A DNA stretch of 57,567 bases from Anaerolineales bacterium (GCA_046259355.1 JBJYWH010000134.1:1-57567), one strand, 5' to 3'; positions 1 through 10,570 are shown, counted from the first letter of the stretch. Translations and numbers: made by a program. Notes: generated by a model from the sequence alone, not told the origin.

Positions 1-611
1 ATGCGCTTGCCCTGGGCGGCGCGTTCGCCGGCACCGCGCTCGCGGTTCATGGCCTCGCCGAGTTCCTGGCTCAAGTCCATCCAGTTCTCGGTAAAAAGCA
101 CCAGGCCAAGCTGATCATTGGCCAGCATCCATTTGCTGAAGAACAGCCGCAGCAACCAACGCGGCAATGGCCAATCGGTCAGGTTGATGCCCAGAGCCGT
201 TTCCCCGAGGAAAGGGGCCAGTTCTCGGCGCTGGGCGCGTGAAAGCCCGGAAGGAGGGATGATGTGGGCGACATCGATCGGGCGAGTGGAGCGGATGCGC
301 TGATAGGAGATTTTTAGACGATAGACCGGCGTCTGGATACGCAGGTGATCGGAGCGAGGTTGAACGTAGGCGGTGAGCGGGCCGATGGCGATGAAGAGCC
401 AGTAGGCGCTGGCGACCAACCCTCCGGCCAGCAGCCAGCGTTCGCCCCCTTCGGGCATCCACTTCACTAGCGGCGTCGTGCTGAGCAGCCAGAGGCCCAG
501 CAGCATGATCGCCAGCAGCATCACCACGCGGTATTGAAGTCGGACCACGTGGCGGTAGAGTCGGAGCGGGTAGCGGCGTCCTGCCCGGGGACGATTTCCC
601 GTCCGATCCAT
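1..611 (-). CDS. hypothetical membrane protein (partial; 3' end runs off the left edge)
   Basis: Open frame absent from the ORF track because it has no stop in the window. The ATG at 611..609 overlaps the TGA of the upstream kinase (ATGA). My translation is MDRTGNRPRAGRRYPLRLYRHVVRLQYRVVMLLAIMLLGLWLLSTTPLVKWMPEGGERWLLAGGLVASAYWLFIAIGP..., two hydrophobic helices followed by a soluble part. Confidence 0.5.
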   Translation of the reverse strand, partial: MDRTGNRPRAGRRYPLRLYRHVVRLQYRVVMLLAIMLLGLWLLSTTPLVKWMPEGGERWLLAGGLVASAYWLFIAIGPLTAYVQPRSDHLRIQTPVYRLKISYQRIRSTRPIDVAHIIPPSGLSRAQRRELAPFLGETALGINLTDWPLPRWLLRLFFSKWMLANDQLGLVLFTENWMDLSQELGEAMNRERGAGERAAQGKR

Positions 612-2410
612 CACGAAGCTCCCGTATTGGCTGCTGGAAGATCGATCCAAAAAGTGCTGCCGGCGCCCAGTTCGCTTTCCATGCCGATGGTTCCGCCCAT
701 CATCTCGATCAAGCGCCGCGTGACGTAGAGCCCCAAGCCCCACCCAGCCTGCTCGCGCACCTCCGGTTCTTCCGACCGGAAGAACTGGGTGAACAGGCGT
801 TTCTGGTCGGCCTCGCTCAGGCCGATGCCGGTGTCCTGGACGCTTAAACGCACCCCTTCGCCCCGCTTGATGGCGCTGACGGTCACGCGTCCGCCGTCAG
901 GCGTGTACTTGTTCGCATTGCTGAGCAGATTCGAAAGGATCTGCATCAGGCGATTGTAATCGGCCAGCACCATCGGCAGCCCCTGTTCGATGTCGAGGTG
1001 GACGTGCTGGTGCCTGGCATCAAACTGCGGCCGCATGCCGGCGGTCGTGTTGCGGACGAGCTCGCTCAGCGGCAGCGCTTCGAGCTGGATTCGCAGGCGG
1101 CCCGTGTCGATGCGTGAGATATCGGAAAGGTCCGAGACCAGGTCTGCCATCCGGTCGACGTTGTCGATGATCGTGTTGAGAAACTTGATCTGCTGGGGTG
1201 CGACATCACCGGCTGCACCCTGCCGAATGAGGTCGGCGTATCCCCGGATCGAGGTCATGGGGATTTTCAGTTCGTGCGAGACGATCGAAATGAACTGCGA
1301 CTTCGATTCGTCGGCCTGGCGCACAGCCCGGTAGAGGCGCGTATTCTCGATTGCAACGGCAGCGTGTTCAGCCAGGCGCAGCATAAACGACAGCGCTTCA
1401 TGAGCATGCGGGCTCTCTTTCCGTTGCAAGCCGATCAACGCAAGCGTCGCACCCTCCCGGCGGGCGGGTACAAGCAGCACATGGGGCGCCGGATCGTCGC
1501 CCCATTCGGTTTGCATCGCCCGGCCCTCACGCAGGGCTGCCTCAAGGCCGGGTTGATCCAGTGCGAGGTTGGCCCCTTTGCCCTCTCCAGCCGCAATGGC
1601 GAGTGAATGCCCGTCTTCTTCCACCAATCCGATCCAGCCCAGATCCGATTCGGTGCTGCGAAGCGCCCATTCCAGGGTCAGTTCGAGGACGCGTTCGAAA
1701 TCCAGGCTGGTGTTGAGCTCGCGGTCGATCCGTTCGAAGGTCTCGAGCTCTGCCACGCGGGCAGCCAGTTGGGTGTCGATCTGGGTGTAGAGGCGGGCGT
1801 TTTCAAGCGCGACCGCGGCTTGTGCCGCAAAGGCCTCCAGCAGCTCACGATCCCCTTCGTTGAACGCGCCGCTCTTGATGCGGTTGTCGACGTAGATCAC
1901 GCCGATGGCCTGGCCGCGCGCCAGCAGTGGTTGGCAGAGAATCGAACGCAGAGCGTAATGCTGGATCGATTCCCGATTCGAGTAGCGTTCATCCGTCTGG
2001 GCGTTGGTCGTGAGCGCGCCCTGGTTCGTCCGCAGCACTTCCTGGATAATGCTGCGGCTGACCTGCATATCCTCCCGGTCGAGGTTCTCGCGCTGAAAGT
2101 TGCGGGCTGCCTGAAGTTCCAGCTGGTCGGTCGCTTCATCCTGCAGCATGAGAAAGCCGCGCTCGGCGCCGGTGAGCTGGATCACGGCGTCCATCGTGTC
2201 GCGCAGGACCTGTTCGAGATTGAGGGACGAGCCCAGCGCGCGGGAAACCTGATAGAGCGCCGCCAGGCGCTGATGTTCATCGCTGCGCATCAGCCGGGAT
2301 TCGATCTCGGACAGCGCCTCGCCCGCCTGTCGGGCGAGCGACGGATCCTCGATCGCCCGGCGGAGCAGATCGAGGTTGCGGTTGACCTCTTCGGGATTGG
2401 AAACGGTCAT
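611..2410 (-). CDS. cytoplasmic GAF-domain sensor histidine kinase
   Basis: 599-aa ORF with two GAF-like regions, the H-box SHELKIPMTSIRGYADL and HATPase_c motifs (NLLSNANKYT, DTGIGL, GWGLGLYV). No TM segment. Confidence 0.85.
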   Translation of the reverse strand: MTVSNPEEVNRNLDLLRRAIEDPSLARQAGEALSEIESRLMRSDEHQRLAALYQVSRALGSSLNLEQVLRDTMDAVIQLTGAERGFLMLQDEATDQLELQAARNFQRENLDREDMQVSRSIIQEVLRTNQGALTTNAQTDERYSNRESIQHYALRSILCQPLLARGQAIGVIYVDNRIKSGAFNEGDRELLEAFAAQAAVALENARLYTQIDTQLAARVAELETFERIDRELNTSLDFERVLELTLEWALRSTESDLGWIGLVEEDGHSLAIAAGEGKGANLALDQPGLEAALREGRAMQTEWGDDPAPHVLLVPARREGATLALIGLQRKESPHAHEALSFMLRLAEHAAVAIENTRLYRAVRQADESKSQFISIVSHELKIPMTSIRGYADLIRQGAAGDVAPQQIKFLNTIIDNVDRMADLVSDLSDISRIDTGRLRIQLEALPLSELVRNTTAGMRPQFDARHQHVHLDIEQGLPMVLADYNRLMQILSNLLSNANKYTPDGGRVTVSAIKRGEGVRLSVQDTGIGLSEADQKRLFTQFFRSEEPEVREQAGWGLGLYVTRRLIEMMGGTIGMESELGAGSTFWIDLPAANTGAS

Positions 2411-3096
2411 GACTCTACCCCCGGCTGATCACGCACCGTGCGCTCATAGTATGCACATAAATCGCTCAAGAAGCACGCCCCGCACTGGGGATTGCGGGCA
2501 TGACAGATCTCGCGGCCATGCCGGATGAGGTTCAAATGGACTTCCTCGTAGCTGTCGGGTGGAAAGAGCCCAGCCAAATGCTGATGAGCCGCTTCCACGC
2601 TCATTGCTTCTGGACGCAAGCCCAGGCGACCGGTCACGCGGTAGATGTGCGTATCCACCGGGAAGTCGGGCTTCCCCAGCGAGAAGAGCAGCACAATGGC
2701 GGCTGTTTTGGGCCCGACGCCCTTGAAGCGCACCAGGTCTGCGCGTGCCGCCTCCAGCGGCATATCCCGCAGATAATCAAGACTCAATTCACCCTGCTCG
2801 GCCGTGATCTGCTTCAGCACGTCCTGGATGCGAGGTCCTTTCTGGTTTGCCAGGCCGGCCGGGCGGATCGCCTCGATGACATCGTCCGGACCGGCGTCGC
2901 GCACCGCCTCCCAGGATGGAAAACGGCTTGTAAGCGCTTCAAACGCTCGATCTCGATTGGTATCGTTGGTATTTTGCGAAAGGATGGTTGAGACGAGTTC
3001 ATCGATCGCAGGCAGCGGGTGGCGCCAGCTCGGCTGACCGTAGTGCTCGACCAGACGTTTTCGGACTTCACCGGCAAGCGAGGCGAGGGACTCCAC
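2407..3096 (-). CDS. nth: endonuclease III family DNA glycosylase/AP lyase (HhH-GPD)
   Basis: 229 aa with LSQNTND, GVGPKTAAIV and VDTHIYRV (Lys/Asp catalytic positions). C-terminal Fe-S loop C-X6-C-X2-C-X5-C (CHARNPQCGACFLSDLC). ATGA overlap with the kinase start. Confidence 0.8.
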   Translation of the reverse strand: MESLASLAGEVRKRLVEHYGQPSWRHPLPAIDELVSTILSQNTNDTNRDRAFEALTSRFPSWEAVRDAGPDDVIEAIRPAGLANQKGPRIQDVLKQITAEQGELSLDYLRDMPLEAARADLVRFKGVGPKTAAIVLLFSLGKPDFPVDTHIYRVTGRLGLRPEAMSVEAAHQHLAGLFPPDSYEEVHLNLIRHGREICHARNPQCGACFLSDLCAYYERTVRDQPGVES

Positions 3097-3130
3097 GCGC
3101 AGATTATAACCTGACGCTCATCAGGGTCAC

Positions 3131-3170
3131 ACAAAGCAAAGAGGAGCGCCTCCCCGTATCGGGGAGGCGC
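3131..3170 (-). terminator. rho-independent terminator downstream of icd
   Basis: Perfect 10-bp stem GCGCCTCCCC/GGGGAGGCGC (3146..3155 and 3161..3170) with a 5-nt loop. On the minus strand it is followed by TCCTCTTTGCTTTGT. Confidence 0.7.
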
Positions 3171-3176
3171 CGGGAG

Positions 3177-4478
3177 TCAGCCCATATGGGCGATAACCGC
3201 GTCACCGAACTCCGAGGTGGTGAGCAGTTCACCCGCCTCCATCAGGCGGTGGAAATCATAGGTGACAGTGCGGGCGCCGATGGCACCTTCCATGCCGCGA
3301 ATAATCCGATCGGCGGCCTCCGTCCAGCCCATGTAGCGCAGCATCATCTCGCCGCTCAGGATCACCGATCCGGGATTGACCTTGTCCTGATCGGCGTACT
3401 TTGGTGCTGTTCCGTGGGTTGCTTCGAAGATGGCGTGGCCGGTGTCATAGTTGATGTTGCCGCCCGGCGCGATTCCAATTCCGCCGACCTGGGCTGCCAA
3501 GGCGTCCGAGAGATAATCGCCGTTCAAGTTCATGGTGGCGATGACATCAAACTCGCGGGCGCGAGTGATCGTTTGCTGAAAGGCGATATCGGCGATGGCG
3601 TCCTTAACCAGCAGGCGGCCAGCATCGAGTGCCTGGCGCTGCTCGGCATTGGCAGCTTCTTCGCCCTGCTCTTCTTTCGTCCGTTCCCACTGTGCCCAGG
3701 TGTACACGTCATCGCTGAACTCGCGCTCGGCCAGTTCGTACCCCCAGTTGCGGAAAGCCCCCTCGGTGTACTTCATGATGTTGCCTTTGTGAACCAGGGT
3801 CACCGAGCGGCGCGCGTACTGCAGGGCATAGCGGATCGCCGCCCGCACCAGACGGTCGGTGCCTTCCTGCGAGACGGGCTTGATGCTGAAGCCGGCGCTG
3901 TCGGGGAAGCGGATCTTGCCGTACTCATCCGGGAAGCGTTCGCTCAGCCAGGCACGGAATTCACGATTGATCTCTGTGCCGTACTCGAATTCCACCCCGG
4001 TGTAGATGTCCTCAGTGTTCTCGCGAAAGATCACCATGTCGACATATTCCGGATGTTTGACCGGCGAAGGGACGCCTTCGAAGTAGCGCACCGGGCGCAG
4101 GCAGACGTACAGATCGAGTGCTTTGCGCAGGGCCACGTTCAGTGACCGGATGCCGCCGCCGACCGGCGTGGTGAGCGGGCCCTTGATTCCTACCAGGAAT
4201 TCGTCAAACGCTTCGACGGTCTCGGAAGGCAGCCATTCACCGAATCGGTCAAAGGCGTCCTGGCCGGCGTGAACCTCCATCCAGGCGATCTTGCGTGCAT
4301 CGCCGTAAGCATGTTGTACGGCCGAGTCGATCACGCGCACCGAGGCGCGCCAGATATCGGGGCCGGTGCCGTCGCCGATGATGAAAGGGATGATTGGGCG
4401 ATCCGGAACCTGAAGCGCGCCATGCTCGACAGAAATTTTCTTCCCATCACCGGGCACCACGACGTGCTGATATGGCAT
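3177..4478 (-). CDS. icd: NADP-dependent isocitrate dehydrogenase
   Basis: 433 aa with [30 protein letters not shown] and GTAPKYAG-like GTAPKYAD. Length is typical of the prokaryotic homodimeric IDH. SD AAGGAGGAG lies upstream. Confidence 0.92.
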   Translation of the reverse strand: MPYQHVVVPGDGKKISVEHGALQVPDRPIIPFIIGDGTGPDIWRASVRVIDSAVQHAYGDARKIAWMEVHAGQDAFDRFGEWLPSETVEAFDEFLVGIKGPLTTPVGGGIRSLNVALRKALDLYVCLRPVRYFEGVPSPVKHPEYVDMVIFRENTEDIYTGVEFEYGTEINREFRAWLSERFPDEYGKIRFPDSAGFSIKPVSQEGTDRLVRAAIRYALQYARRSVTLVHKGNIMKYTEGAFRNWGYELAEREFSDDVYTWAQWERTKEEQGEEAANAEQRQALDAGRLLVKDAIADIAFQQTITRAREFDVIATMNLNGDYLSDALAAQVGGIGIAPGGNINYDTGHAIFEATHGTAPKYADQDKVNPGSVILSGEMMLRYMGWTEAADRIIRGMEGAIGARTVTYDFHRLMEAGELLTTSEFGDAVIAHMG

Positions 4479-4503
4479 ACCACTCCTCCTTGGCGGAATA
4501 CGA

Positions 4504-4529
4504 GCGGGGCAAGCACCGACTTGCCCCGC
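4504..4529 (-). terminator. GC hairpin between galE and icd (terminator or 5'-UTR structure)
   Basis: Stem GCGGGGCAAG/CTTGCCCCGC with a 6-nt loop. On the minus strand it is followed only by a weak T tract (TCGTATTCC). A TATAAT (4549..4544, minus) lies just upstream, so the hairpin may instead sit in the icd leader. Confidence 0.35.
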
Positions 4530-4588
4530 CTCAGGCGAGCGGGATTATAGCATGAGCGAACCCGGGATCGAATGGGATGGCGGGATGA

Positions 4589-5566
4589 TCAGGATGCGTA
4601 ACCCCGGGGGTGGTTTCGATGCCATTCCCAGGCGCTCCCAATGATGCGCTCCAGATCCGGAAATTTCGGTTTCCAGCCAAGTTCAGATCGAATCCGGCTC
4701 GAATCAGCCACCAGGCGCGGCGCATCGCCCGGTCGGCGGGGACCCTCGATGACGGGAATGTCGAAGCCAGTGACCCGGCAGGCGGTGTCAATCACCTCCC
4801 GCACGGAGTAGCCGGCGCCGTTGCCCAGGTTATATACCAGCTGCTTGCGGTCCCGCAGGGCATCCAGGGCGAGAACATGTGCGGAAATCAAGTCGGCGAT
4901 GTGGATATAGTCCCGCACGCAGGTGCCGTCCGGCGTGGGATAGTCCGTGCCGTTGATGTGTACTTCAGCCCGCTGGCCGAGCGGAACTTGCAGGACGAGC
5001 GGGATCAGGTGTGTCTCCGGCTGATGCGCCTCACCGAGCCCGGGCAGCGAGCCGGCGGCGTTGAAGTAGCGCAGTGCAGCGTAATGCAGGCCGTGGATCT
5101 GGCTGTACCACGACAGGGTTTGTTCGATCATAAGCTTCGTCTGCCCGTAGACATTGGAGGGCCCGAGCGGTGAGCTTTCTGAGAGCGGCTCGTCAGCCGA
5201 AGCATACACGGCCGCGGTTGACGATAGCACAAAGCGGGGAATGCCAGCGGCAACCACTTCCTCTATCAGGCCGAGCGAGAGTGCGAGGTTGTTGTGGAAA
5301 TACTTGCCGGGAAGCTGCATGCTTTCGCCGGCCTCAATAAAGGCCGCAAAATGCAGCACCGCCTCGAATGAGCCGGATTGGAGGGCGGCATGCAGTCTCT
5401 CCCGGTCGGCAAGATCGGCCTCGATGAATTCAGCTCCCTCGGGCACGGCGGATCGGTATCCCTTGACGAGCGAATCGTACACGGTGACAGCATGCCCGGC
5501 CTCCAGCAGTGTGGCGGCCGCGGCGGAGCCGATGTAGCCCGCCCCTCCGGTGATGAAGATATTCAT
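4589..5566 (-). CDS. galE: UDP-glucose 4-epimerase
   Basis: 325 aa with the N-terminal Rossmann motif MNIFITGGAGYIGS and the SDR catalytic YGQTK (YxxxK). Confidence 0.85.
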   Translation of the reverse strand: MNIFITGGAGYIGSAAAATLLEAGHAVTVYDSLVKGYRSAVPEGAEFIEADLADRERLHAALQSGSFEAVLHFAAFIEAGESMQLPGKYFHNNLALSLGLIEEVVAAGIPRFVLSSTAAVYASADEPLSESSPLGPSNVYGQTKLMIEQTLSWYSQIHGLHYAALRYFNAAGSLPGLGEAHQPETHLIPLVLQVPLGQRAEVHINGTDYPTPDGTCVRDYIHIADLISAHVLALDALRDRKQLVYNLGNGAGYSVREVIDTACRVTGFDIPVIEGPRRPGDAPRLVADSSRIRSELGWKPKFPDLERIIGSAWEWHRNHPRGYAS

Positions 5567-5575
5567 TTCGACCTC

Positions 5576-7747
5576 TCAGCCTTCAAGGATCTCAAGCGGT
5601 GCCAGGGATGCAACCAGGTGCTTTACGCCATCCTGTTCAAATTCAATTTCCAACTCCTCGTCATCGAACTCAAGTCGGGTTTCAACCACGATACCTTCCC
5701 CGAACGTGGGGTGCCGCACACGCATGCCCCTGCGGTAGCGGGGCTGAACCGTCGGCTGGACCGGGTTCTCCCAGCGCGTCTGGGCGCGGTACTCCCGCTG
5801 TGTCCACGTTTGAATCCCGGGTAGTTCGCCCTGCACCAGATCAGGAGGGATGTCATACAAGAAACGGGATGGCTCGCTCAGCATTGATGGCCCGGCAAGG
5901 CGACGGCGAAAAGCGCGCACGAGGAACAGCCGATCCTGCGCGCGCGTGACCCCGACGTAGAAGAGGCGTCGTTCCTCGGCCATTGCCTCCGGGTCGTCGA
6001 AGGAGCGCTGATGCGGCAGCACACCGTCGTCCATGCCGATAATCATCACGACGGGAAACTCGAGGCCCTTCGCGGCGTGCAGGGTGAGCAGCGTTGGGGC
6101 GTTCTGTTCGTCGCTGAGCGTGTCCTGATCGGAGACGAGCGCGACGTGCTCAAGGAAAGTTGTCAAATCCACCGTGCCGAACTCGTACGCTGCCCGGCGC
6201 AGTTCCTGTATATTCTCCCACCGTTCGGCGCCCTCTTCCGTGCCATCTTCGATATACGGTCGATAGCCGCTGCCTTCGAGCACCGAGTCGACCAGCTCGA
6301 TCAGCGTGAGTTGTTCGCGGACGTCGATCCAGCGCGCAAGCGGTTCGGCGAACGAAAGCAGCGCCGAACGAGCCCGGGTGTCGATCTGGTCGGCATAGGC
6401 GTGCTCGGGGTCGGCTGCCAGGTCGAGCAGGACCCGGCTTGGTTCCTGACCGTGCGCTTCGGCAAGCCGCAGCAGCAGTTCAACGGTTTTATCGCCAATG
6501 CCGCGCGGCGGCGTGTTCATGACGCGCAGCAGGCTGACCCGGTCCGAAGGGTTGTGGATCAACCGTAAGTACGCGATCAGGTCCTTGATCTCGCGCCGGC
6601 CGTAGAAGCGCTGTGCGCCAACGAGTTGATAGGGCAGGCCGGCCTGCAGGAACTTCTCTTCCAGCGCGCGCGATTGAGCATTCGTCCGATACATCACGGC
6701 GACGTCCCGCGGCTGGCGGCCTTCGTGCACCAGCCATGCGATGGTCTCGACGACGAAGGCGGCTTCATCACCTTCGTCGTAGCTTTCATGCAGCATCACC
6801 GGCTCGCCGCGTCCGCGCTCGGTGAAGAGCTGCTTCTTGCGGCGGTCTGGATTGCGGTCGATCACCGCCATGGCGACGTCGAGGATGGTCTGCTTGGAGC
6901 GGTAGTTCTGTTCGAGCAGGATGGTCTGGGCGGCTGGGAAATCCTGCTGAAAGCGGTGGACGTTCCGATAGTCCGCGCCGCGCCAGCGGTAGATGGATTG
7001 ATCGGGGTCGCCAACGACAAACAAATCCGGTTCAACGCCCGCCAGCAGCCGCAGCAGTGCATACTGGGCGCTATTCGTGTCCTGGAATTCGTCCACCAGT
7101 ATGTGTTGATAGCGCCGGCGGTAGGCCAACCGAACCTGATCCTGCGCCTGCAGCAGCCTGACTGCCCAGAAGAGCAGATCGTCGAAATCGAGTGCATTGT
7201 TGAGCAGCAGCAGCTCCTGGTAACGCGTATAAGCACGCCCGACGATCTCGTTGAAGTAGGTATCGCTGGCCAGGTCCTGGGGCTCAATCAGCTCGTTCTT
7301 GGCGCGAGAAATCGCGGCATGGATTCGCGCGGGCGACTGCTGTTTGGAATCGACCTGCAGCTGGCTGAGCACCTCGCGCAGCAGCGATTGCTGGTCAGAT
7401 TCGTCAAAGATGACGAACTCGCGCGTGAAGGGCAGGCGTTCAGATTCCCGCCGCAGCATGCGGGCGCAGAAAGCATGGAAGGTGCCCAGGCTTATTCCCG
7501 ACAAACGCTCGGGGCTTTCTTCCAGCAGGGCGGCCACCCGCAGTGCCATCTCGCGGGCGGCCTTGTTGGTGAACGTCACGGCCATGATCGAGGCGGGAAT
7601 ACTGCTGAGTTCCCGCACCAGGTAGGCCACGCGCTGGGTCAGGACGCGCGTTTTGCCCGAGCCCGGGCCGGCCAGGACCAGCACCGGACCCGGTGCTGCA
7701 GTAACAGCTGATTGCTGCGCGGGGTTCAATTCAGCAAGCCAATTCAT
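5576..7747 (-). CDS. pcrA: ATP-dependent DNA helicase, PcrA/UvrD (SF1) family
   Basis: 723 aa with Walker A AGPGSGKTRVLT, DEFQDTN, and a C-terminal UvrD_C plus Tudor-like tail (RVRHPTFGEGIVV). Confidence 0.9.
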   Translation of the reverse strand: MNWLAELNPAQQSAVTAAPGPVLVLAGPGSGKTRVLTQRVAYLVRELSSIPASIMAVTFTNKAAREMALRVAALLEESPERLSGISLGTFHAFCARMLRRESERLPFTREFVIFDESDQQSLLREVLSQLQVDSKQQSPARIHAAISRAKNELIEPQDLASDTYFNEIVGRAYTRYQELLLLNNALDFDDLLFWAVRLLQAQDQVRLAYRRRYQHILVDEFQDTNSAQYALLRLLAGVEPDLFVVGDPDQSIYRWRGADYRNVHRFQQDFPAAQTILLEQNYRSKQTILDVAMAVIDRNPDRRKKQLFTERGRGEPVMLHESYDEGDEAAFVVETIAWLVHEGRQPRDVAVMYRTNAQSRALEEKFLQAGLPYQLVGAQRFYGRREIKDLIAYLRLIHNPSDRVSLLRVMNTPPRGIGDKTVELLLRLAEAHGQEPSRVLLDLAADPEHAYADQIDTRARSALLSFAEPLARWIDVREQLTLIELVDSVLEGSGYRPYIEDGTEEGAERWENIQELRRAAYEFGTVDLTTFLEHVALVSDQDTLSDEQNAPTLLTLHAAKGLEFPVVMIIGMDDGVLPHQRSFDDPEAMAEERRLFYVGVTRAQDRLFLVRAFRRRLAGPSMLSEPSRFLYDIPPDLVQGELPGIQTWTQREYRAQTRWENPVQPTVQPRYRRGMRVRHPTFGEGIVVETRLEFDDEELEIEFEQDGVKHLVASLAPLEILEG

Positions 7748-7807
7748 CGCGCGATGATCCGGCCGTCATTCTACCGGGCGCCCGTACCGGCAGCAAGACA
7801 GAGAGCA

Positions 7808-9028
7808 TCAGTAGCCACGCGGTCCGATATCAAGCAGATCGGGAGACGCCAGGTATCCTTGCAGCCCCGGGGCGGGAAGCGCCATGATGGCGCTGTCGGC
7901 GAAGTAGGGGAAGTCAAAGTGGACCGGGTCGCCGACATCCTTGCCCGGAATCGGCATCAGGCGTGCCGTGAGGGGCTTCAGGTGGCGCAGCCCGACCGCA
8001 CCCAGATCAACCAGCAGGGCGGTGAGCGCGCTCTGGCTGATCGATCCAGGAAGTGGAATGGTGTCGAGCCCTGTCCCGCAGAGCGTGGAATACAGCAGCA
8101 GATCGCTTAAAGTGAGATGTCCTTCCGCTGCCCGCTGTGCAAGGACGCTGTCCTCCAGAACCGGGAGGAAGAGGCCGCAGAAGCCCGCCCGTGGAAAATC
8201 GGCCCCATCCAGGCTGTCGGCGAGGAATGCGGCAGCGGCTGCACTGCCCGGGGCCCCGACAGCAGATGCCCCCAGGGCTTCGATGGCTGTACCGATGGAT
8301 CGTCCGACTTCCGGGTAGGGCGCGAGCGAGAAATCGATGCCGGTGAAGCGCAAATCATTCTCGCGGGCAGCCCGGGAGGCAACTTGCTGGATCGCGGCGG
8401 CATGCGCTTCGACGCCCTGGATAAGCTTCTGGCGGATATCGCGCAGCGATCGGCCTTCTTTTGTCGCCTGCACGGCGAGATCAGCGGATTCGACCGCAAT
8501 CGCAACCGCTGCCGGGCCGCCCCGGTGGTAAGCGGCCGGAAAGAAAGGGGTCCCCGAGGGGACGTGGACCAGGGAGGCAAATCGCAGATTTCCAAATCCA
8601 TCGACAGAAAGGCCGGATATTCTCTGCACCGCCCGGGCACAGTCAGCCGCCGCCTGCAGCGAAAGGCCAAATGTAGGATCCGCATAGAGTGCCGAGGTGA
8701 AAATAACTTCGGTCCCGGCGATAATCTCCGGCAGAACTTCAAAACCCTCGCGATCATCGGGCAGCGCAGGTCCAATCGCGGCGTAATCGATTCCATGGAC
8801 GAAGGCCTCGGCCTCGAGATTGTGAGCCAGTTCCGGCCGCTTGGTGGCAGGGACGGGATGGTTCATCTCTGCCGGAGGCGGGGTGGCGAGTCGAGTGGTT
8901 TGGACCTGGTAGCCGGCTTCCCGGAGCTCTCGGGCGATGGCGTGAAGGCCCTTCGCTGTACGGCTGATGGCCGGGGTATCAAGCGGCCAGCCCGGATCCA
9001 TAAAGCCGGTTACTGCTCGGATCTGCAT
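7808..9028 (-). CDS. DUF711 (UPF0210) family protein
   Basis: 406 aa. The N-terminus MQIRAVTGFMDPG and overall Ala/Gly-rich alpha/beta pattern resemble UPF0210 as I recall it. Family assignment is by eye only. Confidence 0.55.
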   Translation of the reverse strand: MQIRAVTGFMDPGWPLDTPAISRTAKGLHAIARELREAGYQVQTTRLATPPPAEMNHPVPATKRPELAHNLEAEAFVHGIDYAAIGPALPDDREGFEVLPEIIAGTEVIFTSALYADPTFGLSLQAAADCARAVQRISGLSVDGFGNLRFASLVHVPSGTPFFPAAYHRGGPAAVAIAVESADLAVQATKEGRSLRDIRQKLIQGVEAHAAAIQQVASRAARENDLRFTGIDFSLAPYPEVGRSIGTAIEALGASAVGAPGSAAAAAFLADSLDGADFPRAGFCGLFLPVLEDSVLAQRAAEGHLTLSDLLLYSTLCGTGLDTIPLPGSISQSALTALLVDLGAVGLRHLKPLTARLMPIPGKDVGDPVHFDFPYFADSAIMALPAPGLQGYLASPDLLDIGPRGY

Positions 9029-9798
9029 TTCTCTCCTCGCTGTCGTGCAATTTCGAAAAGGATAACAGCACCGGCGATGGCGGCATTCAGCGATTCGGTA
9101 TTGTCCTGCATCGGGATGCGCACATAGCCGGTCGCGAGCCGGTCAAACTGCTGGCGGTGGCCGTGGGCCTCGCTGCCGATGACCAGCGCTGCTGGCGGAC
9201 CCCAATCGATGCAATCATACCGTTCTCCCCGGTTGGCGTCAGCCACCCAGAGCGGTATGCCAGCACTGACATCCTTCAGGTTTTCGAGTCGGCACTCGAC
9301 CAGGGGCAGATGGAAATGAGCTCCTGCTGCAGCCCGAATAACCTTCGGGTTGTAGGGGTCGACCGTGCCTTCCAGGAGAAAAACCGTCCCCACCCCGCAG
9401 GCGCGTGAGGTGCGCAGAATTGTCCCCAGGTTGCCCGGGTCGGCGATTCGATCCAGCACAAGTCCCAGGTCCAGCTCAGGATCCATGGATGGTGTCGGTC
9501 GTTCGACCACGGCCAGCATGCGCTGCGGCGTCTCCGTCGCCGACATGGATTTCAGCACATGCTCACTCACGGTTTCGCGTTCAATTCCGCGTATTACAAG
9601 CTCATTGATCAGGGATTGATCGTCGGGGTTGACCTGCTCGAGGTGGAAGATGGTCCGCACGCTTGCGTTCGCTCGGAGTGCCTCTTGCAGCAAGCGCGGC
9701 CCCTCGATGATGAATAGATTTTCGTCATCACGCTCAGATTTCTTCGTCTGGAGCACGCGCACCCACTTCACGCGCGGATTGGATGTGGACGTGATCAT
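9010..9798 (-). CDS. TrmH/SpoU family RNA 2'-O-methyltransferase
   Basis: 262 aa with SpoU motifs DRIADPGNLGTILRTSRACGV, LVIGSEAHG and ESLNAAIAGAVILFE. Overlaps the downstream gene by 19 nt. Confidence 0.85.
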   Translation of the reverse strand: MITSTSNPRVKWVRVLQTKKSERDDENLFIIEGPRLLQEALRANASVRTIFHLEQVNPDDQSLINELVIRGIERETVSEHVLKSMSATETPQRMLAVVERPTPSMDPELDLGLVLDRIADPGNLGTILRTSRACGVGTVFLLEGTVDPYNPKVIRAAAGAHFHLPLVECRLENLKDVSAGIPLWVADANRGERYDCIDWGPPAALVIGSEAHGHRQQFDRLATGYVRIPMQDNTESLNAAIAGAVILFEIARQRGEKCRSEQ

Positions 9799-10400
9799 GG
9801 CTGAGCTCCAGCTTCTGGCCAGCGGTGATCAAAGGCCTTGATAAAGCTTTCGAGGGTTGCTTGATCCCAGAGCACAAGCCAGATTTCATGCAGTGCGGGC
9901 TCGGGATTCCCGGCGGCAAAATCTTCCATGGCGGTAAGGATCTGAACGGCGGCTCGATCCCTGGGGAAGCCGAAGATCCCGGTGGAGATGGCTGGCAGCG
10001 CGATGCCCGTAAAGCCCTGGTCTTCGGCGAGCTGCAGCGCCGAGCGTACGGCTGTGAAGAGCTTGTGATCCTCCTCGCCTTCCCCCCACACGGGACCCAC
10101 GGCATGGATTACATAGCGACATGGCAGCTGGCCAGCGCCCGTCAATGCGGGCTGGTCGGCGCGAATAGGTCCGTGTTCACGGACCCAGGCATCACTCTCC
10201 TGCTGGATTGAATCCCCCCCACTTCGCAGGATGGCTCCCGCCACCCCGCCTCCGTGCCGAAGCCGGGCGTTTGCGGCGTTGACGATCGCATCAAGCGGAA
10301 CCTTTGTGATATCACCGCGCATCAGCGCCAGCTTTGTGCCGTTCAAGAGCGATGTCTCCCGGATGTGGTCGTCGATGACGCCCTCCTGCAACTGAGGCAT
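9795..10400 (-). CDS. macro domain protein (ADP-ribose / O-acetyl-ADP-ribose hydrolase family)
   Basis: Motifs GDITKVPLDAIVNAAN, GGGVAGAI and VIHAVGP. I start it at the ATG at 10400 (MPQLQEG...), because the 56 codons upstream in the 257-aa ORF look non-coding. ATGA overlap with trmH-like gene. Confidence 0.8.
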   Translation of the reverse strand: MPQLQEGVIDDHIRETSLLNGTKLALMRGDITKVPLDAIVNAANARLRHGGGVAGAILRSGGDSIQQESDAWVREHGPIRADQPALTGAGQLPCRYVIHAVGPVWGEGEEDHKLFTAVRSALQLAEDQGFTGIALPAISTGIFGFPRDRAAVQILTAMEDFAAGNPEPALHEIWLVLWDQATLESFIKAFDHRWPEAGAQP

Positions 10401-10570
10401 GCGGAATGGAGGCTGGTTTGATTGTAACACCGGCCTGGAGCAGGGCTGGATCCGGCATGGCTGTAAAACCACAGTCCTATGGAAGCGAAGGTGCAGAGAC
10501 TCTAGAATCAGTTTGATACCCTGCCTTGTTTTCCAACGGTTGCCAGCCAGAATGTACAGGAGGATCATCC

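Noticed and set aside
2988-4145. 385-aa plus-strand ORF; other long antisense ORFs of the same kind are 6626..7711, 8117..9127, 20387..21550 and 24422 upstream extensions
   Set aside because: These are antisense shadows of icd, pcrA, DUF711 and polB. None has a recognisable domain.
10401-10568. 56-codon N-terminal extension of the macro-domain ORF
   Set aside because: The sequence (MILLYILAGNRWKTRQGIKL...) has atypical composition and no SD. It would also overlap the divergent promoter/SD region of the 10571 gene.
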